The translations under genes were made by a program, and so were the position numbers. DNA of 24,643 bases from Promethearchaeota archaeon (GTDB lineage: Archaea; Asgardarchaeota; Lokiarchaeia; Sigyniarchaeales; SOKP01): assembly GCA_048941285.1 (NCBI GenBank), contig JBHLNS010000046.1:1-24643 (forward strand), written 5' to 3'. This document shows, piece by piece, positions 1-7,846 of this stretch. The notes under the pieces were generated by a model. That model was not told the origin of the DNA, did no database searches, and worked only from the letters and a program-made list of their open reading frames with translations. The stretch's first letter is position 1, and every line of letters starts with the position of its first letter.

Positions 1-671
1 TTACTTTCATCCTTAATCCTAATAAGAGATTTTAGAATTTCATCCGCTGTTCTTATCCTATCTATTACATGCCCTATTGTTGGATAATAAAAGTCGTGTG
101 CATCAATATGTTGCTGTATTTTTTGTTGATATGTTGATTTATACCAATTAACTAAATTGTCAACTTTACTTTTTAAATTCTTAATATAAAAATCCCTTTT
201 TATAGTCTTTATAAAATTCTCAATTACAGTTTGGTAAATAATAAGTTTGTGTTCATTATCTTCAATGTAAGTACTAATTGGTTTATACATTATTTTTTCT
301 ATATGGTACTTGCCGTTTTTGAATATAATTTGACATTCTCCAAACTTAAAAGATGCCAGTTTGGCATATGTACCACTTAGAACGTTTGAGCTTTCATCAA
401 AACCGATAATTTTATAACCATCATCAATATACTCGGAAATTTCACTTGAAATTATGTGATAAGGCATTTCTATGAAAACAGATTTAGTATTTATAAGACT
501 TTCATCATTATCAAATTTGTCTGTTTCTAATTCAATTTTCTCCTCTTCTGACCATTTCACTCTTCTTTCTTGGATGTATTCCTTGAACTTTTTAACTTCA
601 TCATCTATTGATCTTTCGGGTCTTTCTTCAAAGGATTTTTCCAAAGAAATTAATTCAAAATCAAACGATAT
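1..671 (-). CDS. NurA-like (RNase H-fold) nuclease; N-terminal ~220 aa only, runs off the left edge; absent from the ORF track
   Basis: Manual translation gives an open minus-strand frame from 698 to the window edge: ISFDFELISLEKSFEERPERSIDDEVKKFKEYIQERRVKWSEEE...GYKIIGFDESSNVLSGTYAKLASFKFGECQIIF...GHVIDRIRTADEILKSLIRIKDES. IIGFDES resembles NurA motif I (hhxhDGS) and RIRTADE resembles the conserved helical Glu. It lies directly downstream of herA. The start is uncertain: ATA at 671 behind GGTGAG, or TTG at 644. Confidence 0.65.
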   Translation of the reverse strand, partial: MSFDFELISLEKSFEERPERSIDDEVKKFKEYIQERRVKWSEEEKIELETDKFDNDESLINTKSVFIEMPYHIISSEISEYIDDGYKIIGFDESSNVLSGTYAKLASFKFGECQIIFKNGKYHIEKIMYKPISTYIEDNEHKLIIYQTVIENFIKTIKRDFYIKNLKSKVDNLVNWYKSTYQQKIQQHIDAHDFYYPTIGHVIDRIRTADEILKSLIRIKDES

Positions 672-677
672 TATTAT

Positions 678-684
678 CTCACCT
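678..684 (-). promoter_or_regulatory. Archaeal Shine-Dalgarno (AGGTGAG) for the NurA-like gene
   Basis: The minus strand reads ACAGGTGAG ATA ATA ATA TCG. GGTGA is the typical archaeal SD core. Confidence 0.5.
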
Positions 685-705
685 GTAAAAATTTTTACCT
701 AAACC

Positions 706-2448
706 TTACGGTAAACCTGTAGGAGGTGGTTTAATTCCTTGTGATTCAAATTTACTTGCAAATTCTTCATAGAATTTTTTTGAAACATTCTTAAAATAAT
801 CGTCATATAGAGGTATTCTTAATTTTTGAAAATTAGTAAGCCAAATCCCTGAAATCAGTGCAATCCCTCTAGTCCCTGTCAATGATTCCAAATCACTATA
901 TTGAATTCCTCCTCCTAAAGTTTTAGCGGCTGCTGTTTTTTCTCTATCAGATCTTAAAGGTAAGTTAATTACTGTATTCATGTTTGATAAAATCGTGTCA
1001 TCAATAGGAGAATACTGTTGTGATATAACTTCTAAACCTAAATTGAATTTTCTTCCTTGGCGTGATATATCTTTAAATACATTACTATATTTCATCATTT
1101 CAGGACGTAATATGCTAGGAGCTTCTTCAATTGTAAAAATTATTATTGGCATCTTTGTAGGATCCTTTATCGAGTTTCCAGTTTTCACATAAATCTTTTT
1201 TATATTGGCTTTGTAATTATCATAAAAATTTCTAGGAAGTGTTTGTTCTAACTTCTTTTCTAAAGTGGGTAAGTCTGTAGACGATTTGAGTGATTTTCTG
1301 ATATCAAATAACGTTCTTGCTAAAACACCATTAAATAGGAACTGTTCTAAATCAGAAATCATAGATGAATTAAAAATTATTATTCCTCCTTTCTCTAATT
1401 TTTTAACAATTTTTGGTAATTTACTAATTGCATTGGATTGAAACATATCTGAATATTCTAGCCAGTGCATTCGTCTTCTTATGGCTGCCATAGTTTTATC
1501 ATCATGGCCGCCTGGTGGCCTATAACCATCCGTTAACAAATTTTCGATATAATTGTCCTGATCATTTCTATATGCTGAAAATATGGCTCCTACCTGCAAA
1601 TCATTAAAAGTGCCAGTAGCGAAAAGATCTTCGGGTTTTATTTCTTGATAATTAATAATACATGGTTGAGCCATACTTTTTGCTTCAGCAGGAGGAATCC
1701 CTTTATTAGGATAAAGATAAAACCACTTTCCGAATAGTTTTTTATTGTATTGGGACGCTTTACAAATATGAAAAACTCCGTAATCAATACATCCTAAAGC
1801 ATATTCATCATGCATATCTATAGCTAGCATAGAAATTTTTGTTCCTTTGTTATTAACTATAACATTTGCATTATGTTGAAGCAATCCATCAATAAAAACT
1901 TGATTTAAATTTGATTTACCCATTCCTGTTGCTCCAGCAATAAAAAAATGATACATTAGATACTTATAGGGGAAAAAAACGTCAACTTTTGATTCGGAAG
2001 CTAAATTTCCCATAAATATTCCTTCTGGAGTGAAAATTTTTTTTAAATATTCTGATCTATCCTCCTGAATTTCAGATATTTTCATTGAGTGAGGTTTTAA
2101 AACCTCTTTTTCCATCAAATCTTCAATAATAAAAAATACATTGATATTGTGGTCAATTTTTTGCTTAGTTTTCTTATTTATTTCTGTACATATGATTGGA
2201 CGTCCTTGAATTACGTATTGTAATTCAGTTTCTAATTCAGCAGTGATATAATCAGTTATTTTTACATTCTTTAATTTTTGCCTTGTTAGGACATAATCTG
2301 AAATGGTTTGTTCATTTAGTATTTGAATAATTATAAAATATTTCCTCACATCGCTCTCGGCTTCGAGTTTAACAAATCCATGAAGATGGATATATTTTTC
2401 ATAAAAAATCTCTATGGTACTTTCCAGAGAATTTATTTTAATTATCAT
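706..2448 (-). CDS. herA: HerA/FtsK-superfamily ATPase (HerA-like DNA translocase)
   Basis: Walker A HFFIAGATGMGKSN, DMHDEY (canonical DxHGEY), Walker B FTIEEAP, and arginine-finger/sensor RQGRKFNLGLEVISQQ. The beta-rich N-terminus is compatible with a HAS barrel. Confidence 0.88.
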   Translation of the reverse strand: MIIKINSLESTIEIFYEKYIHLHGFVKLEAESDVRKYFIIIQILNEQTISDYVLTRQKLKNVKITDYITAELETELQYVIQGRPIICTEINKKTKQKIDHNINVFFIIEDLMEKEVLKPHSMKISEIQEDRSEYLKKIFTPEGIFMGNLASESKVDVFFPYKYLMYHFFIAGATGMGKSNLNQVFIDGLLQHNANVIVNNKGTKISMLAIDMHDEYALGCIDYGVFHICKASQYNKKLFGKWFYLYPNKGIPPAEAKSMAQPCIINYQEIKPEDLFATGTFNDLQVGAIFSAYRNDQDNYIENLLTDGYRPPGGHDDKTMAAIRRRMHWLEYSDMFQSNAISKLPKIVKKLEKGGIIIFNSSMISDLEQFLFNGVLARTLFDIRKSLKSSTDLPTLEKKLEQTLPRNFYDNYKANIKKIYVKTGNSIKDPTKMPIIIFTIEEAPSILRPEMMKYSNVFKDISRQGRKFNLGLEVISQQYSPIDDTILSNMNTVINLPLRSDREKTAAAKTLGGGIQYSDLESLTGTRGIALISGIWLTNFQKLRIPLYDDYFKNVSKKFYEEFASKFESQGIKPPPTGLP

Positions 2449-2604
2449 ATTGTTCTTTAATCTTTTCTCTTATAGATAAATATTATTATTTAATTTTAAT
2501 AAATAAAAAAATGTATTAATGGAAACTTACATTTGTTTTAGAGTCTTCTGAACTTATTATGTGAAAGCATAAATAAAATGAAAGGACTAAACAAGTTTAG
2601 TAGT

Positions 2605-4737
2605 CTATAAAAGATCAATTGCAGATTTAAATAAATCTTTCTTATCAATTTTCTTTTTTTGCTTCTCAGGCTTAAATTGAACTGAAGATTTTCTGTACAC
2701 CTTAGGACTCAGTTCAGACACAAATTGAGAGGTTCTTACTATCTGAGGACCTCGATAAGTATTTTTTATAGATGGAGATATTAGATAGAGTTGATCTTTT
2801 GCTCTTGTAAGGGCAACATAAAATACTCTACGTTCTTCCTCAAAAGTATCTGGATCTCCTACGCTCCTACTTGATGGGAATGAATCCTCACATAACATGG
2901 GGATAAAGACTATACGCCATTCAAGTCCTTTAGCTCTATGTATAGTAGATAATATTAATGGTCTCTCTTCTTCTGTTTGCTCTTCAACATGAACAGTTCT
3001 GGATTCTAAATTTGATAAATTTAGACTTAAATTTTCTAAGAATTTTCGAATAGTTGGAAAATTCTGAGCATACACACTTAGTTGTTTTAAATCGTCTACT
3101 CGTTCTTCCCAATTATCAAATTTCGATTTTAAGTGATCTTCAAGGACTTTTATTAAATTTTGAATAACCTCTGATGGATTATCTTCAGGTGTAAAATTAA
3201 TTAATTTTTTCACATAAGAAATTAAATTTTTTATTCCCTCCTTGGATATGCGAGATCCTTTTAATTTTTCAACATAAAACATCTTATTAATCAAGGCATC
3301 AATCGGATGTTCTATTATAGATATGGCTTCAAAAATTTTCGAACCAGAAGATGTACCAATTCCTTGAATTATTGAAAAAATTCTGGACCATGAGACTTCA
3401 TCATATGGATTCTCAATTATTTTTAAATGAGCTAAAATATCTTTAATATGTGCTCTTTCAAAAAACGCAACACCGGCTCTAACTTCATATGGGATGTTCT
3501 TCGCTCTTAATTCAAGTTCTATTCTTAGAGAATGAGAACCCGCCCTAATTAATATTGCCATCTCTTCTAAATCATATCCATCTGAACGTAATTTTAAAAT
3601 TTGATTAGCTATAAAACTTGCTTGTTCCATATCATCTCCTAAAGTTATTTGAAATGGCAACGTTCCTTTAGGACGCGTGGTTCGCATGGCCTTTTTAAAT
3701 TGCTTTTTATTATGTTCTATTGAGTTATTAGCCAGTTTTAAAATCTCAGGTACGCTTCTATAATTATATGTTATTGTATACCGCTTACAATTTTGGTATC
3801 TATTTTCAAAATTGAGAATATTTTCGAAATTGGCACCTCTAAATGCATATATGCTTTGGGCATCATCCCCAACAGCTATAACATTATGTTCTGGGTTCTG
3901 TTTAACGATTTTATATATAATCTCGTCCTGAATGTAGTTCGTATCTTGGTATTCGTCCACAAGAACATATTTTATGTTCTTTGCAATTAATTTAGCAACC
4001 GCTCTCTCATCCAATAACTGATTCCAATAAATTAATAAATCATCAAAATCTACCAAATTGTCTTGAGCTTTCTTCTCTCGATAAATCTTAAAGACTTGCT
4101 CTAATTTTTTGATGATTTCTTCACTTTCAAATTGAGAATATTTCCAGAGGATAACATCTCGAATAGATTTATTACAATTAATGGAAAATGACAAAATATC
4201 TTTTGCCATTCGAGAATTTGGAAATCTTTCTTGGAGTTCTTTAACCTTCGCTTTCTCAATTGAAAGTTTCATCAATAAACGTGAATCAGTTTCATCCATT
4301 ATTATATAATTTGTTTTTAAACCTAATGTTTTTGCATATTTTCTAATAAAACGATTCGCTATAGAGTGAAATGTTCCTCCCCAAATTCCTTTTGGTTTCT
4401 TTCCTAACAGTGTTTCTACACGCTTAATCATTTCATTAGCTGCTTTATTTGTAAATGTTACAAGCATAATTTGATTTGGTTTAACACTGGATAATAATAA
4501 TTTTGCCACTGAATAAGTAATTGTTCTTGTTTTCCCACTACCTGCACCAGCGATAACTAGCATAGGCCCCTTAATATTATCAATGATTTTCAATTGTTCC
4601 TCATTCAAATCCGTTTCAAAAGATATTTTATTATATTCCTCTATAATAACTGGAGGTTCTTCTAAAGATTCAGCATAATCTTCGTCATAGATCTCAAATA
4701 CATACTCTTCTTCTAGATTGTCTTTTTTCTCATTCAA
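2605..4737 (-). CDS. uvrD: UvrD/PcrA/Rep-family superfamily 1 DNA helicase
   Basis: LNEEQ, AGAGSGKT, VTFTNKAA, GTFHS, LVDEYQD, VGDDAQSIYAFRGA, NYRS, STIHRAKGLEW, EEERRVFYVALTRAK. TTG start. Confidence 0.96.
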   Translation of the reverse strand: MNEKKDNLEEEYVFEIYDEDYAESLEEPPVIIEEYNKISFETDLNEEQLKIIDNIKGPMLVIAGAGSGKTRTITYSVAKLLLSSVKPNQIMLVTFTNKAANEMIKRVETLLGKKPKGIWGGTFHSIANRFIRKYAKTLGLKTNYIIMDETDSRLLMKLSIEKAKVKELQERFPNSRMAKDILSFSINCNKSIRDVILWKYSQFESEEIIKKLEQVFKIYREKKAQDNLVDFDDLLIYWNQLLDERAVAKLIAKNIKYVLVDEYQDTNYIQDEIIYKIVKQNPEHNVIAVGDDAQSIYAFRGANFENILNFENRYQNCKRYTITYNYRSVPEILKLANNSIEHNKKQFKKAMRTTRPKGTLPFQITLGDDMEQASFIANQILKLRSDGYDLEEMAILIRAGSHSLRIELELRAKNIPYEVRAGVAFFERAHIKDILAHLKIIENPYDEVSWSRIFSIIQGIGTSSGSKIFEAISIIEHPIDALINKMFYVEKLKGSRISKEGIKNLISYVKKLINFTPEDNPSEVIQNLIKVLEDHLKSKFDNWEERVDDLKQLSVYAQNFPTIRKFLENLSLNLSNLESRTVHVEEQTEEERPLILSTIHRAKGLEWRIVFIPMLCEDSFPSSRSVGDPDTFEEERRVFYVALTRAKDQLYLISPSIKNTYRGPQIVRTSQFVSELSPKVYRKSSVQFKPEKQKKKIDKKDLFKSAIDLL

Positions 4738-4752
4738 TTTTAGATGCTGCTC

Positions 4753-5820
4753 TTATGTTAATTTTAACTTATTAAGCAAGGGTTTACTCCACTCTAATAT
4801 TTCAGGGAAATTTATTTTTTTCTGTTCAATAAATTTTTTGCGATTAAAATAAATAAATTTCTTTCTATCTTTTATAGTAATATTTGTAAATTTATATATT
4901 GGTTCATATGATAAGTGTTTTATATCAAAACTCTCTGCAAATTTTTCAATTGGCACTGGAGCATTATCTATAATAAATTGTAATTCATGTAATGTTACTA
5001 AATCAATAAATTCTAAATCTCTTGATTCTTCACCAACAATTTTCTCCCAACAATCTTTATATAATTCAACAAATAATGCATGCTTTCTTTCAGCTTCTTT
5101 TATTGAAATCTCTTTAGTTAGAATTATTTCAGAAATTTTTCTTTTCCAATCTTTAGGTAACCATTTAAGGGAATAAGAATAATTTAAAGCCCACTTCTCA
5201 TAAGGAGGATATTCATCATTTGCTAAAAAGGCCAAATCAATTAGGCCAGATACTGCATTAATTATCAATTGATTTGCTGTTAAAGCATCACCCCTATTAA
5301 TCCATTGTATTACTACCAAATCTCCAATATACATACATTTTCTAAAAGATTTTGAAAGGCAGTGAAATTTTTCTTGTGAGGTAAATACATCTTTTTCTTT
5401 AAATAAAGCCTCGATCTTACCTCTTGGATCGAACAATATTTCATTATATGATGCATCCCACTTTTTAATTAAATCCCAATCCTCTTTAATTTCTTTTTCA
5501 AATGAAAAAAATTCAATATCTACGTAGCAACCCCTCCATAATGCATCATTATGAGGAATAGGTCCCATTCCAGTAATCCAATGATTATAAATATCGTCTG
5601 CTAAATACACATTTAAATCTATTTCAGATAATTCATCCCCATAACCTCTGCTGAGACCTCCACAAAGAGTTATCCCAATTACCCCCACTTCATTTTTAAG
5701 TTCTTCTACGATTCTTTTTACATCTTCCATCATTTCCTTATATTTACCCTTCGAATAAATCGCTCCATAAGGTCTTTCTTGCCTACTTCTTATCCCAATA
5801 GTTTTGTTAAATAGTTCCAT
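4753..5820 (-). CDS. Pol-beta-superfamily nucleotidyltransferase with helical C-terminal domain (DUF4037-like)
   Basis: GITLCGGLSRGYGDELSEIDLNVY matches hG[GS]x9-13DhD (here EID), with a third acidic strand VDIEF, ILFDPRG and a NDEYPPYEKW motif. Confidence 0.75.
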   Translation of the reverse strand: MELFNKTIGIRSRQERPYGAIYSKGKYKEMMEDVKRIVEELKNEVGVIGITLCGGLSRGYGDELSEIDLNVYLADDIYNHWITGMGPIPHNDALWRGCYVDIEFFSFEKEIKEDWDLIKKWDASYNEILFDPRGKIEALFKEKDVFTSQEKFHCLSKSFRKCMYIGDLVVIQWINRGDALTANQLIINAVSGLIDLAFLANDEYPPYEKWALNYSYSLKWLPKDWKRKISEIILTKEISIKEAERKHALFVELYKDCWEKIVGEESRDLEFIDLVTLHELQFIIDNAPVPIEKFAESFDIKHLSYEPIYKFTNITIKDRKKFIYFNRKKFIEQKKINFPEILEWSKPLLNKLKLT

Positions 5821-5923
5821 TTTTCAATAATTATCTTTTAATAAAAAAATAAAATTAAATCTTGAGATACAATAATTCTCATCACATAAATATCCAATTA
5901 TTACTCAAGGATATAAAACTAAC

Positions 5924-6217
5924 TTATACAAGGCCGACTAAAATTTTAAAGGCGGCAGTCTCTTCCCCGTCATCTACAGATGTAATTGTATATGAAATAT
6001 CATGTTTATCTCTTACATTAGGTGCTACTCGAGCGGAAATGAATTTCATTCTTGGATTTGTATTTTTACCTTCCCAGATCCATACTTTTCTCGAGTGTTT
6101 ATCTATAAAAAGAATTATTTTATTTGAATCTAATAATTCAAATAATGGATGATTTTCCTTAATTTGTATTTCTTCAAAATCCTCTAATTCTTCATTAAAT
6201 TGATATATAACTATCAA
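5924..6217 (-). CDS. Single-domain gelsolin/villin-like protein (~97 aa)
   Basis: LLDSNKIILFIDKHSRKVWIWEGKNTNPRMKFISARVAPNVRD...ITSVDDGEETAAFKILVG follows the gelsolin-repeat consensus (LxSxDxFhLD...hWhWxG...long helix...VxEGxExxxF). The likely start is TTG at 6217 rather than 6295. Confidence 0.82.
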   Translation of the reverse strand: MIVIYQFNEELEDFEEIQIKENHPLFELLDSNKIILFIDKHSRKVWIWEGKNTNPRMKFISARVAPNVRDKHDISYTITSVDDGEETAAFKILVGLV

Positions 6218-6361
6218 AATAAAAACGAGTGAATTTCTTATACTATATAATAATAATTTTCTTAATGATTTATAAACTTTTGATATTCCTCTCAAATTAG
6301 CCTATAAACCTAAAATGAACTTATTAATTAAAGCCATTAAGATTTGGGAGATTTTACAATC

Positions 6362-6730
6362 TTAGTAATCTTTTTGAAATCTTCTTCTTCGTAACGTTGA
6401 GATGAGGTGTCCTCTTGAGAGTAACTGAATTCCAAATTGGGAGCTATATTCTCGAGAAAAATCTGTAACGACATTACAAATCATAATTCCCCCTTCAATA
6501 TTAGTATCAATACAAGCTTTATGTAATTGCCTCAATTGAGTAATTGAGATTTCTCTTTTCCAGTCTCGAACAAAAACTCCAAAAGTATTAAGTTTATTTT
6601 TTACAATAGCATCAAATGTCCAAGACTTACCAGATTTACCTTTAAATTGTACTGGGCCTTTAGCAAAATCGTATTTTTCAGAAAAAACACTTTTGGCTAA
6701 TTCAATTAATTCTTGGTCTCCTAATGACAT
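6362..6730 (-). CDS. Stand-alone Mrr-like (PD-(D/E)xK restriction-endonuclease fold) protein, probably catalytically degenerate
   Basis: KGKSGKSWTFDAIV...GVFVRDWKREISITQLRQL...GGIMICN..TDFSREYSSQFGIQLLSR has the Mrr_cat layout, but the (E/Q)xK position reads FVR. Confidence 0.65.
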   Translation of the reverse strand: MSLGDQELIELAKSVFSEKYDFAKGPVQFKGKSGKSWTFDAIVKNKLNTFGVFVRDWKREISITQLRQLHKACIDTNIEGGIMICNVVTDFSREYSSQFGIQLLSRGHLISTLRRRRFQKDY

Positions 6731-6871
6731 GAATTACACTATTTATGTAATATATAAATATTATTTCTATATGGATCTAAATATTATTTAAGTGGATATA
6801 TTACGTCTGTAATATCTTTTATATAGAAAGAGGAGAATTATCCTGACAAAAGCAAAATAATAGAATATATT

Positions 6872-7693
6872 CTAAAAACCCTCAATTTCAACAAATTTAA
6901 ACAACTTTATAAAAGAATATTCCCCTTCTGAATCAACACCATTTTCTTTTGTATAACGTAATAAATTTTGTTGTAAAAACTCAATTAATCCATTAGCTAC
7001 TTTATCACAAATGTTTCTGCAATCTAAAAAATTATGTTCATAATATTTACATTTGCTATTATATTTCTTACAAATTTTTTTCATTTGTAAGGATACTCCT
7101 TGAGCAGATAAAATAGTAATACAATCCCAAGTATCTTTAAAACCAGCTAAATTACTTGGAGAAGTCTGCATTAACAGCTTTAATAATCTTTTCCTGCATA
7201 AAATATCATCTAATCGATATTGTATAGCTTTAGCTTCTTTTCTGGCTTCAAGTTGGCAAAGAAAAATGTAATATTTAAGTAATTTTTCAGCTTTCTTTGT
7301 TTTAATGGGATCAAGGATCTTCCACCCCCTAGCTCTTTTACAACTTATTTCTTTATTGTCAAAATTATCAAAGTTCGTAGGATAAATCCAACATTGGGGT
7401 ATTTTAATCTGCGAGTCATGTACAATACATCCATTAATAGATTTATCGAATAGGAAGCATTTTCCTTTTTCTTCATCGAATCTTAATTTAAAACTGAAAA
7501 TATCTCCTCTAATAAAATCGTTTTCATTAGCATAACCTAGTTTTATATATTTTTCTGCTAATATTTTTGGTACATCAATCTGAATTGAACAACAATCTCC
7601 ACTACATATCTGCAAACAATTAGGGCCTTCAATTGCTGATTTCATTAAACTATTGAATTTTTTAACAACATCCCAGAATTTATCTACAACCAC
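6872..7693 (-). CDS. YkgJ/UPF0153-like cysteine-cluster (Zn/Fe-chelating) protein
   Basis: CLQICSGDCC, CFLFDKSINGCIVH, PQCWIYP, plus a second Cys group CKKYNSKC...DCRNIC. GTG start. Confidence 0.72.
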   Translation of the reverse strand: MVVDKFWDVVKKFNSLMKSAIEGPNCLQICSGDCCSIQIDVPKILAEKYIKLGYANENDFIRGDIFSFKLRFDEEKGKCFLFDKSINGCIVHDSQIKIPQCWIYPTNFDNFDNKEISCKRARGWKILDPIKTKKAEKLLKYYIFLCQLEARKEAKAIQYRLDDILCRKRLLKLLMQTSPSNLAGFKDTWDCITILSAQGVSLQMKKICKKYNSKCKYYEHNFLDCRNICDKVANGLIEFLQQNLLRYTKENGVDSEGEYSFIKLFKFVEIEGF

Positions 7694-7846
7694 AATAATT
7701 TTTCTTGATTAATTATGATATTTAATTGTATAAACGTTTGTTAATGAAAAGTTAAAGTATAAAAAGATCAACTTTATTATTTTGATAACAAATTTTGTAT
7801 AAAATTTTTTCTAAATCTAAATAATAAAAATATGAGAAGAATATCG

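Noticed and set aside
2586-2601. 7-bp inverted repeat ACTAAAC-AA-GTTTAGT just after the uvrD stop
   Set aside because: Short enough to occur by chance, and the 2-nt loop makes a poor hairpin.
2626-2665. PCNA-interacting PIP box in the UvrD tail (QKKKIDKKDLF)
   Set aside because: The spacing does not fit Qxx[LIM]xxF[FY].
706-5820. Known anti-phage system (Sir2-HerA, DUF4297-HerA, Gabija, CBASS, MNT-HEPN)
   Set aside because: No Sir2, OLD/TOPRIM nuclease, CD-NTase effector or RxxxxH HEPN partner is visible. UvrD is a full-length PcrA type and the surroundings are housekeeping genes.
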